Below, piece by piece: positions 53,911-64,000 of a stretch of DNA of 64,000 nucleotides. Source of the stretch: Camelus dromedarius (Eukaryota). The stretch is taken from contig NC_087466.1 in assembly GCF_036321535.1 (NCBI RefSeq), forward strand, positions 1,922,001 through 1,986,000, given 5' to 3'. Position 1 is the first letter of the stretch; each line of letters starts with the position of its first letter. The translations under genes were made by a program, and so were the position numbers. The notes under the pieces were generated by a model. It worked only from the letters and a program-made list of their open reading frames with translations, ran no database searches and was not told the origin of the DNA.

Positions 53911-56109
53911 GTGAGTGCGCGCGGGGGTCGCGGAGAGCCGAGCCCGCAGCCGGGCCGGGGTCCAGAGCTGGGCGGGAGGCGCGCGCAGGCCCTGCCTGCC
54001 TGGCTCCGATGCCAGGTGCCCGGTGCCCCGGCGGCGGAGCGGACTCTGCCCTCGCGCGGGGAGCCAGGGAGCTGGGCACGTGCTCCGCCCGGCCGCGGCC
54101 ACGTCCGCCCTCGCCCCCGGCCACCCACCCGTGGGCCGAGCAAGGGTCGCGGCCTGGCCCCGGGGAGCAGCCCTAGGAGCCGGCCGGGTCGTGCGGGGTG
54201 GTCCAGTGTGTGAAACCGGGCCGGAATCCCCGCCGTGACCCTTCAGTTGTGGGGAGCAGACCTGGCATGGGCATGCTCTACCATGCGGAAGGGCTGGATC
54301 TGGTGACAGTGCCTCCAGTGGGGACTGTGGCTGCGGCCCAAGGCACCACGTGCACTCTGAGCTGGAGCATCTGGGTGACTTGAGTTGAGGCCCATAGGGC
54401 AGAGGTGTGTTCTGGAAGAGGGTCTTCCTTAGCTCTGTGGCAGGGGCTCCAAAGCACACCCTGGGAAACAGACTCATCCAGGCCTCTGGTTGGGAAGAGA
54501 CTCATACAGAGAAACCCGTGGCAACCAGCAGTTTCGTCACAGTTCCATCTTGTCTGCACACCTGCTGCAGGAGTTGGCCTTGCTCCCCCAGGAGGTGAGG
54601 GGAGAAAGTCACCATCTCCCTGCTGACAGTGCTGAAGCCCCTGGGAACAACCCAGGGCCCACAGCTGGCTGGCCTGCCTGCCTGCTGATAGCAAAGGGTC
54701 ACCCTGATTCGTTCCTCTTTTCTACTTGGCTGTGCGACTAGAGGGAGCCACGGTTTTCTTTTAGAGCAAGTGAAGTGGATGGTCTTGCTTTTCTGAAGCA
54801 TGTAGCTTTTAAGTTTTGAACTTGATCCCTGGACACTTTCCGCCTCTTGTCTGTTCCTTCAGTCTGTGTTCCCCTGTCCCATTTCCTGCAGGACATCATC
54901 CTCATTTTTCAGGCCCGGGTGAGGTCGCTTTCTCCTGATGTTACCGTTGCTCCTGAGTTGCTCTGGATGTGCTCAGTTCCTGTGAGTGTGCACTCCGGGC
55001 ACTCGCCTCCGTGTTCTCTGTCACTGTCGGCAGTGCCTTCCACACAACAGGCACTTGATGATGTGGGCCGGCACAGCTGTGAGCTGAGGTGGCCCTGACC
55101 TACAGAGACAGCGAGACTTACTGTGCGTGAAAGCAGAAGCGCGGGGGTCTAGTTTCGCTTCTCCTGTGTTGCTCTCCAAGAGCGTTTCCTGATGTGAGTG
55201 TGAGCTCTTCTCTGGAGAACAGGGCAGACATTCAGTAGTTACACACTGTGGTGCTGGTGAATCAGGAAATGTCGTATTATGAGTTTGCGGCTGTGCGAGT
55301 GGCATCTGAAGGAATTTGCAGTTTGCACCACTTTGCCTGGATGAGTTTGTGTGTGTAGCGGACCGTTCTCCAGTCTCTCTTCTGCCCTGTAATTTCTCAC
55401 TTGATGGCGAACTTCTATGTAGAACACAAGTTTTATGCTGTGTAAGCATAAGTCAGTCAAGATGCTTAAGCGATTATTTAAGTGCAAATGAGCGAGAGTC
55501 TGTGACCAGGTCAGCAGCCAGTCATCCCAGCCTGGCAGAGTGGGCAGGGCAGTGAGCCTGGGGCCTCTCTGCCGTCCTAGAGCAGAAACTACGGTATCTG
55601 CCCCTCCATCTTCATGGTCCGGTTATGGTGTTCTCTTGGGAAGGAAGACAGCTCTCCAGGCTATAAAGTGCTTTGGAAACCTAATAGACAGTGATCAAAG
55701 CAATTGAGACTCTTTAAAACCTGTTCTTTGTCAAATTTCCTCTCTTTTAAAATCTCTTGAAATCCACCCTGTCCCATGGAGTGTTTGGCGGGGCTGTGGG
55801 GATAAATTACTGCTGTCCTGAAGGACACAATGATGGTCCGAATCACTGCTGAGCCTCCTGTAGAGACTGGTGGGTGTTAGGAGCTGCCTGGAGTGGGGAG
55901 AGGGGTGGGCAGGAAAGCTGCCAGCCGCACTTGGGATTAACAAACCAGGAGGAGTGTGGTGCTTTGGAGAGTGCACCATTGCACTTTCCGGCTTCCCAAC
56001 TCTGCATTCATGTCTCCTGACTCCTTATTCAGCTCAAACATACTTTTTCTGGTGTCTGAGTCCAGAGAGGGAAAGAGCAGAGAGTCCTGCGCTTTCCCTG
56101 TGGCTGTGA

Positions 56110-56155
56110 CTGGAGAGGGCAAGTTGAAAGCCCTGGAGAGGGCAAGTTGAAAGCC
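56110..56155. repeat. Perfect 23-bp tandem duplication
   Basis: CTGGAGAGGGCAAGTTGAAAGCC occurs twice back to back. Confidence 0.9.
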
Positions 56156-56240
56156 GAGGGGGAAGCAGCTACTGGGGGTGGGTGTGCTCTGGGTCTTCGT
56201 CTTTCCAGCCTTTGGTGATGGTAAGACCTCTTCTCCAAGG

Positions 56241-56453
56241 CAGGGTTTCTCAGTCTCTGTGCTGTGGACATTTTGGACCATGTTGTTGTAGAGACCAGCC
56301 TGCATGTCTTGGGACGTTGGCAGCGTCCCTGGCCTCTCCCCACCCAATGCCAGTAGCACCTTTACACACACACCCTGTTGTGACAATTGAAAGTGTCTCC
56401 AAATGTTGCCAGTGTTCCCTGTTGGCCAGATCACCCCCACCTGAGAATCACTG
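56241..56453 (-). mobile_element. MER20-like hAT non-autonomous DNA transposon, near full length
   Basis: CAGGGTTTCTCA...GACATTTTGG...TGCCAGTAGCAC...TGTCTCCA...TGAGAATCACTG, with terminal inverted ends. Confidence 0.8.
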
Positions 56454-57412
56454 TTGTAAGGTGATCAGGAAGTTCATAGATCTTTAAGTCGTATCACAGT
56501 AACGAGCCTTGGACTTGGAATCAGACTGACTACCACACACCATCGTTTATCAGCTGTAAGTCTTGTGCTTGTGGCTCCACTTCTGGGCCTCGCTAAAGCT
56601 GAAGAAACGTGCTCCTCCCTGCATTTCGCCGTCCCAGATGTAAAAGACTGTCTTTGATTAAGATGTGCAGCAAGAGCTGATGATGCTTCTCATGTACACG
56701 GAAGTCATATGTTAGGCACTGTTCTCACACAGCCACCTGGTTCACTCTGTTCTTGGCTATAGTATTCCATTAATATTTTATTTTAGGCTTGGCCAAAATA
56801 AGGTTCATTTCTAAGTTAGGTTATGACCATGTATTGGTCAGAAAGTGAAAGCAGTTGGGCTTTTGGTTGTAGAAAAATGTATTTGTACGTTGAGAAAATT
56901 TCATTGAGATTCACGGTTCTTCACGTCCCTGGGCCTTCGTTCTTGAGAGTCCTTCTGGAATTCTCACGGGGTTTGTGTGCAGCTCTGCAGTGAAGCCCAT
57001 TCTAACCAGAAGGTTGGGGACTGAAAGACCTCGTCCTTCTTTGGCCTCTGGCTCACACTTTGATGGCAGTGTTGTAGAAAGGTGTTTGGCCAGTTTTCTA
57101 TAATGGGATGATTTGTCAGTTAATCACATTGCTGTAGGTGTGTGTTTTCTCTGTCCTGTGATCAGATTATTTCCCTGCCCTGTCTCATTCCACGAAGGAT
57201 TGAAGACACCCTACTGAGACACACCGCATCTTGGGGAAGGGGGAGTGTGGGGAAGGGCGGTGCAACAGTGGAGCCAGGCTGGGTGTGGACAGGCCCCACA
57301 CAGCTACTGGGGCCTCTGCAGACCTATCTTGGTGAACGGGCCAGGAGGGACCCAGACTGTGACACGTTATGATCACAGAGACATTAAGATAAACCGGGCG
57401 GTTGCTCTAGAT

Positions 57413-57573
57413 CAGGGGTCCTCAGCTGGCCAGTGTCTGGAGATGTTCTTGGTTTCCCAGCAGGAGGGGTGCTGCTGGTGTCCAGTAGAAAGAGCACGGG
57501 ATGGCTGCTGATCACACTGCAGCACAGAGGACATTCCCCCATGAGCACGTGGCAGTGCCTGGCTGAGAAACTG
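57413..57573 (+). mobile_element. MER20-like element, internally deleted and more diverged
   Basis: CAGGGGTCCTCA...TGTCTGGAGA...GGGGTGCTGCTGG...GAGAAACTG. Confidence 0.6.
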
Positions 57574-60384
57574 CTCTGGGCAAGGAAAGCCTTACAGTTA
57601 TCTGCCTTTTCACCTGTTTGTCTCATCCTTCCAACTAGGTCGTAAGCTTCTTGAAGACAAGAGTTGTGCCTTTTATTTTGGAGTCATGTAGTCCTGCTCT
57701 TGAGTCTCCATGCTCTGCTCCTCAGCAAGTATGTGTCACAGAATGTTCTCGACACATCTTACACAGGTCGGTTTCACGAGGCTGGTAACAGCTGCTCACC
57801 GGCGAGGGCTCAGGAGATGCAAGCTCTCTTCACAGTCTCTCACTGTCTTATGCCTGAAGACAGTGGGTTGATTTAAAAAATAACCAGGTTTCATCTGGAG
57901 AAGATTCAGAAGAAATGTGGGTGGAGTTTGCCGTGGGTAACCCACTTGTGGAGTTTTCACTGACTTATGCACCAGACACTGGATCCCTCTGGAGAGAAGT
58001 TCTAGAGATCAGAGGTGATGAGGAAGCTGTGTGCTAGGAGGAAGGGGAACAGGCCATGCTCCAGAATCAGGGCAGATGGCAGCCCCAGGAAGGAGGGCCT
58101 GGTTTGTTGGTGCGCCCTTGGGCTGAGTCTGGACCCAGAAGGACCGGAGGACCGTGAAGGCAGAGGCTGGATGGAGGAGGGCTGAGAGCCTCAGGAGGGA
58201 GCTGAAAGCTCTGTGGGAGCGGGATGGAGCAGGGATGTGAGCACGTGTCTGCCTTCTGCTGCAGGGGCAAGTCTTGATGGCCCTAAGCCGGAGTGTGGGT
58301 GAGGGCCAGGGACACGTTGGGGACCAGGCACGGGGGGGCCGTTCCAGCCGATACAACTGGGAGGGGTGCTGCTGGGGGCTTGTGGGGAGTCGGGGAAGAA
58401 GGGGTGCTTGAGCTGCCCATCCCATCTCTCCTTGGGACTCCCCTGCCCTGCGTGTGGCAGCCAGCCTGTGACTGCAAGGACGGGCCCACATGGCAGGACT
58501 GGAGGGGAGGGTGGAAAGTCGGGGCTCCTCGAGCTGCTCACCAGAGCACCTTGAAGCTGACCCTTCTTAAGACTGGCTGTGAGCTCCTGTGTTATCCATG
58601 GTGCTCCTGTGACCTGTAGCATCTCTGACAGGACAGTTTGCAGAAGGAAGCTTAGGTTGAGTGAGGTGGGGGACCCCCGGGGCCAGACCAGAGGTGAGGG
58701 CCCTGCATTACCTTCACCTGCTTGGTCACTAGGGGAGCAAGCTGGAACCAAGCAGAGGTCTCAGTGCTGAGGCTGGCCCCTTCGGCTTGGAGAGCTGGGC
58801 TACCTTTCCTCCTTGGGAATCGCCTTCAGAAACCACGGGGTGCAGCTTGGGACCAGAACCCCCCAGGCAGGGCTGCTTCTGGCACTCTGGGGGCCAGAGC
58901 TTTCTATTGAGGTGCCCAGTGCACCTTCTCTGGCATTTAGTTTTTGAGAGTTCTCCAGTCGAGGGGTATCAGCAGAATGTTCTCAGGGAGGAACTGGAGG
59001 GGTGGGGGAGCTGTGCCCTAGTCGTGGACTTTGAGTCGGCCCCATTTGCCTGCTGGGGCCAGCTCGGTCCCACACCCTCCCTCACACGGTCCCTGCTACC
59101 TGCTGACATCCACTGTAGCCAGAGAGGTAGCTGACCACACCACTGAAAGTAAGCCCTCAGAGTGCTGAGCCAGGCCCGCAGCTCAGGGGCACGCCGTAAC
59201 TGAGTGCGCAGGAGGTGGATGGGAGGTGGCCGGCAGACATGTAGCCCACCATGTCTGCTGCCTTGACTGGTAGAGTTACTTGTTTCATAAAACTTGCTGT
59301 TCATTCTGGCTGGTGCCACGAACAGGTCAGACCTTGTGGTGGAGTCCGGTGGGGGTTCCAGTGACGCAAGGACACATTTCACCCAGGTCTTCCCCAGGGA
59401 GCCCACTTACATAGTTGTGTCTTGCTGTTCTTCTAGGAGGGGGCATTGATGAAACAAAACAGATTGCAAATGGTTTAGAGCAATGCTGGCAAAATAAAAA
59501 CCCATTTAGGTCAAAACTTGATGCTTTTGAAAGCAATACCTGCCTTGATGCATTAACCAGCCCAGGGCAGGGAAGCTGCCTGGCCATAGCCCCGGCAGTG
59601 GGGAGCAGACAGAAGGCAGCACAGCTCACTCGAGGGCCAGGATAGGCCTTCATCCAAGCGGACTCCTGGTCTCTGCACCCTCCACCAGTTCCCGCACAGA
59701 AGGGCACTCGATGAATTCATCCCCTCAGCAGGTCATGAGAGTGATTGTGGGGCGAGGTGGGGGGCTGCACGTGGACTAGGCAGTGAGACTGGGAGGGCAT
59801 CTGCGGGGCATCCTGTGTAAGAAGGGGATGCCAGGAGGGGCGGACTGGGGGCATCACAAATGGGGCATCACAGTGGTGGGCGGGTGGGTGTGGGAGAAGC
59901 AGCAGACAGGTGAGCCTGGGGTAGAGGTGGTGGGGAGAGTTTTAAATGCAGTGCTTTGTGGCACATGTGAGCAGAGACCTTGTTGTGAGTGGAGAATTAC
60001 TGAGGAGCTCCTGGGGGGCTTTATTCCTAGAGGGAGGGCCCCTGGACGGGCACGGTGGCCACCACATAGGCCTGGTGGAGGTGAGAGAGGCTGCCGGCTG
60101 AGGGAGGAGCCAGAACTTGCCTGGTGGGTTTGAGGAGGAGTGGGGATGGTGACGGAGCTGGAACTGCCAGTACCCAGGACCCGTGGGCACTGGTTCTCAG
60201 CATGATGGGCACAGAGGAGGAAGGCGGCCTGAGGAGGGTCTTAGAGGTCTTTCTGTGCTGGGACTCAGCGGGCAAGGGGGCAAGGGGGAACCTGCCACAA
60301 GGCTGCAGCCCTGGTCTGGGCAGGGTGACCGGGTGGTGTTGGCGGCTGAGAGAGGGCTAGACTCAGTGTGTCATGAGCATTGTG

Positions 60385-60520
60385 AGCATTACACGCATGT
60401 TTGTATATGTAATTTACATAGTGAAATGCACAGGCATTAAGCCTACTGTGTGATGTGTTTTCACAAACACGTGTTCCCCCATCAGATTTGGAACATTTCC
60501 TCCTCCCCAGAAAGTTCCAG
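60385..60520 (-). mobile_element. L1M (L1ME-like) 3' fragment
   Basis: TAATTTACATAGTGAAATGCACAG...GAACATTTCC...CCCAGAAAGTTCC. Confidence 0.6.
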
Positions 60521-61184
60521 TGAATGTGGAGTCACCAGGTCAAATGTGGGGTGTGAGGTAAGGGGGCAAAGGGGACCCCATGGAATCAGTGAGACTGGGA
60601 AAGGGGCAGCTAGGGAGGGAGGGAGCAGGCCGCACAGGGCCTTCCCAGACTGCCCGCCCGGGTCCTGCCCCGTCAGACGCTCAGGCTCCAGGCTAGGGCT
60701 CCTTCTCGGACTTGGTCTCCATCCTGGACTCAGACTGCTGTTGAGGAACAGGGTGGCTCCTTCTCTTTTTGGCTGTGACAGTTGCCAAATCTGATTTTAC
60801 TAGGATGCCTTAATGTTGTGTGCGGATCTGGATAATGAAGCACTTTGTGGTTTGATACTTGTCATTCGGAAAATGTAAAATAATTTTTTAATAAAAGTAA
60901 TACCTGTTCAGTGTAGGAAAAATGAGAAAATGCAAAAAGGAGAATACATTGTTAAAACTTTTTTATGTGGTCTCTCAGACCATTTGGAAAATATAAGAGG
61001 GTGATTTGGTGCTATTTATTATGTATACCAGATTATAAAAATACCTGAATTGCTTAAGGTCTTAGCCCAATGCCCAATATCATTGCAAATCCAGTGGGGT
61101 TTTTTTTTTTTTTGAATAGCCTCCCTTCAGACAGCTAAAGTGTTTCCACTGCATCTTCCATATAAATAATATTGTAGATCTATT

Positions 61185-61395
61185 TTTCTTTTTTTAAATT
61201 GATATACAACATTGTATTAGTTTCAGGTGTACAACGTAATGATTCGATATTTGTATATGTTGCAAAGTGATCACTGTGAGTCTACTTAACATCTGTCACC
61301 TCACATAGTTACAGGATTATTTTTTCTTGATGAGAACTTTTAAGATTTACTCTCTTAGCAACTGTCAAATATATGATACAATATTAACTGTAGCA
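61185..61395 (-). mobile_element. L1 (L1MA9/10-like) 3' end
   Basis: ATTGTATTAGTTTCAGGTGTACAAC...GAGAACTTTTAAGATTTACTCTCTTAGCAAC. Confidence 0.8.
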
Positions 61396-62004
61396 TTTTC
61401 TTCACTGTGTGGCTGTTAAGCTAACAGATTTTCCCCCTATGGGGAGGGGTGTTGTTTCAGTCGCTCTTAACTTTCTAATGGAACCAGGTGGGAGAGATGA
61501 CTGTATTTATGGAACTTCATCCTGCAGATAATTTTCAGGGAATATCTCTGTTCTGTAAAATTAGAGGAGAAAAGAGTATGAAGAAAGACCAGAACTTTCT
61601 TGATTATATGTTGGCAGAAGCTGCAGGAGTGAGTAAGGTTTGCACACGATGTACCTGTCACTTTCTTCAACTCTAATTCGTGGCAAAAACAACAGAAAAC
61701 GGTCGCGGGGTTGCTACAGCTTCCTTCCTGTGCTGTGTGCTCTCTCAGGCACCTGGCACCCTGACGTGTCCCTGTGGTCGCGCTGACTTGAGGGGACTGG
61801 AGAGGTCATTGTGGTTGATAGCGGGAGAGATGACAGCCACAGATGCTCTGTGGCTGAGGCTGTGCATGCCCCCTCCCCCACCGCGGGTGGCTACTAGCCT
61901 GAGTCCCCTCCTTGGGAGAGCAGGAGCCTGCCTTCCAGATATCAGGGTGCCAGTGATACTGAGGAGTGTTAGCATTTGGGATCTTTGCTCTGGGCCTTCT
62001 CAGC

Positions 62005-62470
62005 CATGAACAACAGCAGGTGTTTACTGAGCGCCAACTGTGTGCCCAGCCACTAGGTCCTGGGGACCGGGCCATGGCTGAAACAGACCACATCACTAAG
62101 CTCTTGGCGCAGACCTTCCGGTGGGTGGAGTGGACAGACGTCCAGTGGAGGAAACTATACGTGTGCAAGAGGTTGCTCCAGGGGCTGGGGAGGGAGTGCT
62201 TTCAGGGAGGGAGGTTAGGGTGGGCCTCAGAGAGAGGACCAGGCTGGGTTGGGTGCTGCATGGTAGCACCCCATGCCATCTGAGAGCAGAGAGGGGCCAG
62301 GGGCCAGCAGATGAGGCCAGGGAAGTTGCAGCAAGTTGTGCAAGCCGTTGTGAGGGCTTGTTGTTCTCCTGTCCGAGGTGGGCAGGTTTGGGCCGGAAAG
62401 ACCAGCAGTTATGTTGTGGTAAAGTTAAGGATGAGAGGCCAGTGGCAGCTGGATAGGTACCTGCCCCCGA
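62005..62470 (-). mobile_element. L2 3' fragment
   Basis: TTTACTGAGCGCCAACTGTGTGCCCAGCCACT is the reverse complement of the L2 3' end. Extent is approximate. Confidence 0.6.
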
Positions 62471-62624
62471 GAGCAGTGGGGCAGGAGGCTCCCCAGGAGG
62501 TTCTCGTTATAGCCCATCCTGCACAAGAAAAGGATCGGTTTTGTTATGACAGCCACTGGTGTTTTGATATTTAGCTGTGTTAATTACTTTTGTGTTATAC
62601 ACATGCATATACACAGCTTTTAGA

Positions 62625-62800
62625 AAACAGACTGTGTATGTGTTTGTCCCTCACAGAGAGAGTCTCTGTATGTTTTGCCCAGTTTCTCCTGGTGGTCACA
62701 TTTTGCCCAACTGCAGTGTAATGTCACATGAACACTGGCAGACTCCAGTATCTTACGCTGATTTTCCCACATTTATTTGTGGCGCTCATCTGTGTGGACA
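62625..62800 (-). mobile_element. L1 (L1MD-like) 3' fragment
   Basis: CAGAGAGAGTCTCTGTATGTTTTGCCCAGTTTCTCC is the reverse-strand counterpart of the 3' block of the element at 20725-21395. Confidence 0.6.
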
Positions 62801-62964
62801 TGGCCGATAAGCAAGTCCTGCGCTCGTTTTCACTGTGTGTAGGTTTGTGGATGCGCCACAGTCAAGACCAATTAGTTCCACATTTTTTACAGCCACACCC
62901 ACCTCCCTGCCAGGCCCCTCCAGCTTATATACATATTGGTTTGGTTTGGTTTGATTTTGGTTAG

Positions 62965-63512
62965 CATTTTTTTAAGTAGTCACAAAATAAACATAAAACT
63001 TACCATCTTAACCATCTTTTAACCTGTAATTCAGTAGTGTTCCATACATTCATGTTGCACGACGGGTCCCCAGAACCTTTCATCTCACTAAACTGAAACT
63101 CTGTGCCCTTGAAGCAACAACTCCCCACCCCGCCCCCAGCCCCTGGCAAACCCCCTTCTACTTTCTGTCTCTGTGAACTTGAAACTGTAGGAACTTCATG
63201 TAAGTGGAATCATGTAGTATCTGTGCTTGTGAGTGGCTTATGTAAACTAACATGTCTTCAAGGTTCATGTATATTGTATCTTGTGTCAGAATTTCCTTTT
63301 CATTGTTGAGTAATATTCCATCATGTGGTTGGACCCCATTTTACTTACCCATTCATCCATCAATAGACAACTTGGGTTGCTTCCACCTCTTAGCTACTGT
63401 GACTAATACTGCTATGAAGGTAGATGTACAAATATTCTTTGAGACTCTGATTTCAGTTCTTCTGCGTATAAACCAAAAGTGGAACTGCTGGGTCATAGGT
63501 AATTCTCTTTTT
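62965..63512 (-). mobile_element. L1 (L1MB-like) 3' UTR
   Basis: TTACCATCTTAACCAT...TTCTACTTTCTGTCTCTGTGAA...AAGTGGAATCAT...TTGGGTTGCTTCCACCTCTTAGCTA. Confidence 0.85.
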
Positions 63513-64000
63513 TGTCAGAGTGGGTGTGGTGGGAAGGACCCGGGCAGCGGAGCCCCCCTCGGCCCCCCAGGCTCTGTGTACTCTCGAGGGTCGGGCTGAC
63601 TGGTAGGTAAGTTCTCCTCGAGGAAACAACCTGCAGCTCACAGACTTCAGGAGCTGAAAGGCGCTCCAAGGGCCCAGGGGTGGTCCTTGCTGATGCCTTA
63701 CAAAGACCGATGCTGGCTCAGCTGAACTTTTTTGGTTAAAATGAGAAATCCCCAGCGCAGGTTGGCTTAAGCAGAAAAGTGACTGAATTGGCATATTGGG
63801 TTATCTCCTGTATAACAGACCTGCCAGCTTAAAACCCCGGTTTCGTTGCTTGTGATTCTGCACATGGGCAAGGCTCCTCACGGAACCTGTGGGGGTCAGG
63901 CAGCCTGGGGCTAGAAGCCTGGGGTCCTGTGTCCCGGGCCTTAGTTCTCACGGGGGACCGGGTTCTTCGGTCCTCTCTGTGTGGACAGCTAGGGCCTCCC

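Noticed and set aside
52842-54143. 433-aa minus-strand ORF and the many overlapping 90-180 aa ORFs in this CpG island
   Set aside because: Low-complexity Ala/Arg/Pro/Gly translations caused by stop-codon scarcity at very high GC; no recognisable domain.
53911-64000. Further HIRA exons or an independent gene in the last 10 kb
   Set aside because: No sequence matching HIRA exon 2 as I recall it (GKPIFSVDIHPDG) was found. The region is repeat-rich intron.

Overview
Mammalian genomic DNA, GC-rich, syntenic with the human 22q11.2 (DiGeorge) core interval. The host is probably a camelid, judged from a Vic-1-like tRNA-Ala-derived SINE at about 3470. Gene order matches the human order read in reverse: CLDN5(+), CDC45(-), UFD1(+), C22orf39(+), MRPL40(-), then HIRA exon 1(+). 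I traced every coding exon of CDC45 (569 aa), UFD1 (307 aa), C22orf39 (105 aa) and MRPL40 (206 aa) by hand; all are in frame with GT-AG boundaries. CLDN5 (218 aa) is single-exon and partly covered by Ns. There are two head-to-head CpG-island promoters (CDC45/UFD1 and MRPL40/HIRA). The rest is intron and old repeat (L1M, L2, MIR, MLT1, MER20). I found no prokaryotic, CRISPR or novel protein-coding system, and the long six-frame ORFs are GC-rich noise. Best leads: (1) CDC45 and UFD1 share one promoter, each carries a U12-type minor intron, and they encode a CMG helicase subunit and a factor that unloads CMG; (2) a perfect (GGC)16 tract upstream of the UFD1 ATG with an FMR1-like near-cognate start; (3) twin mini-uORFs before HIRA; (4) a twin-CX9C motif in C22orf39; (5) two N-gaps of exactly 132 nt each. 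Repeat subfamily names and human comparisons come from memory, not from searches.
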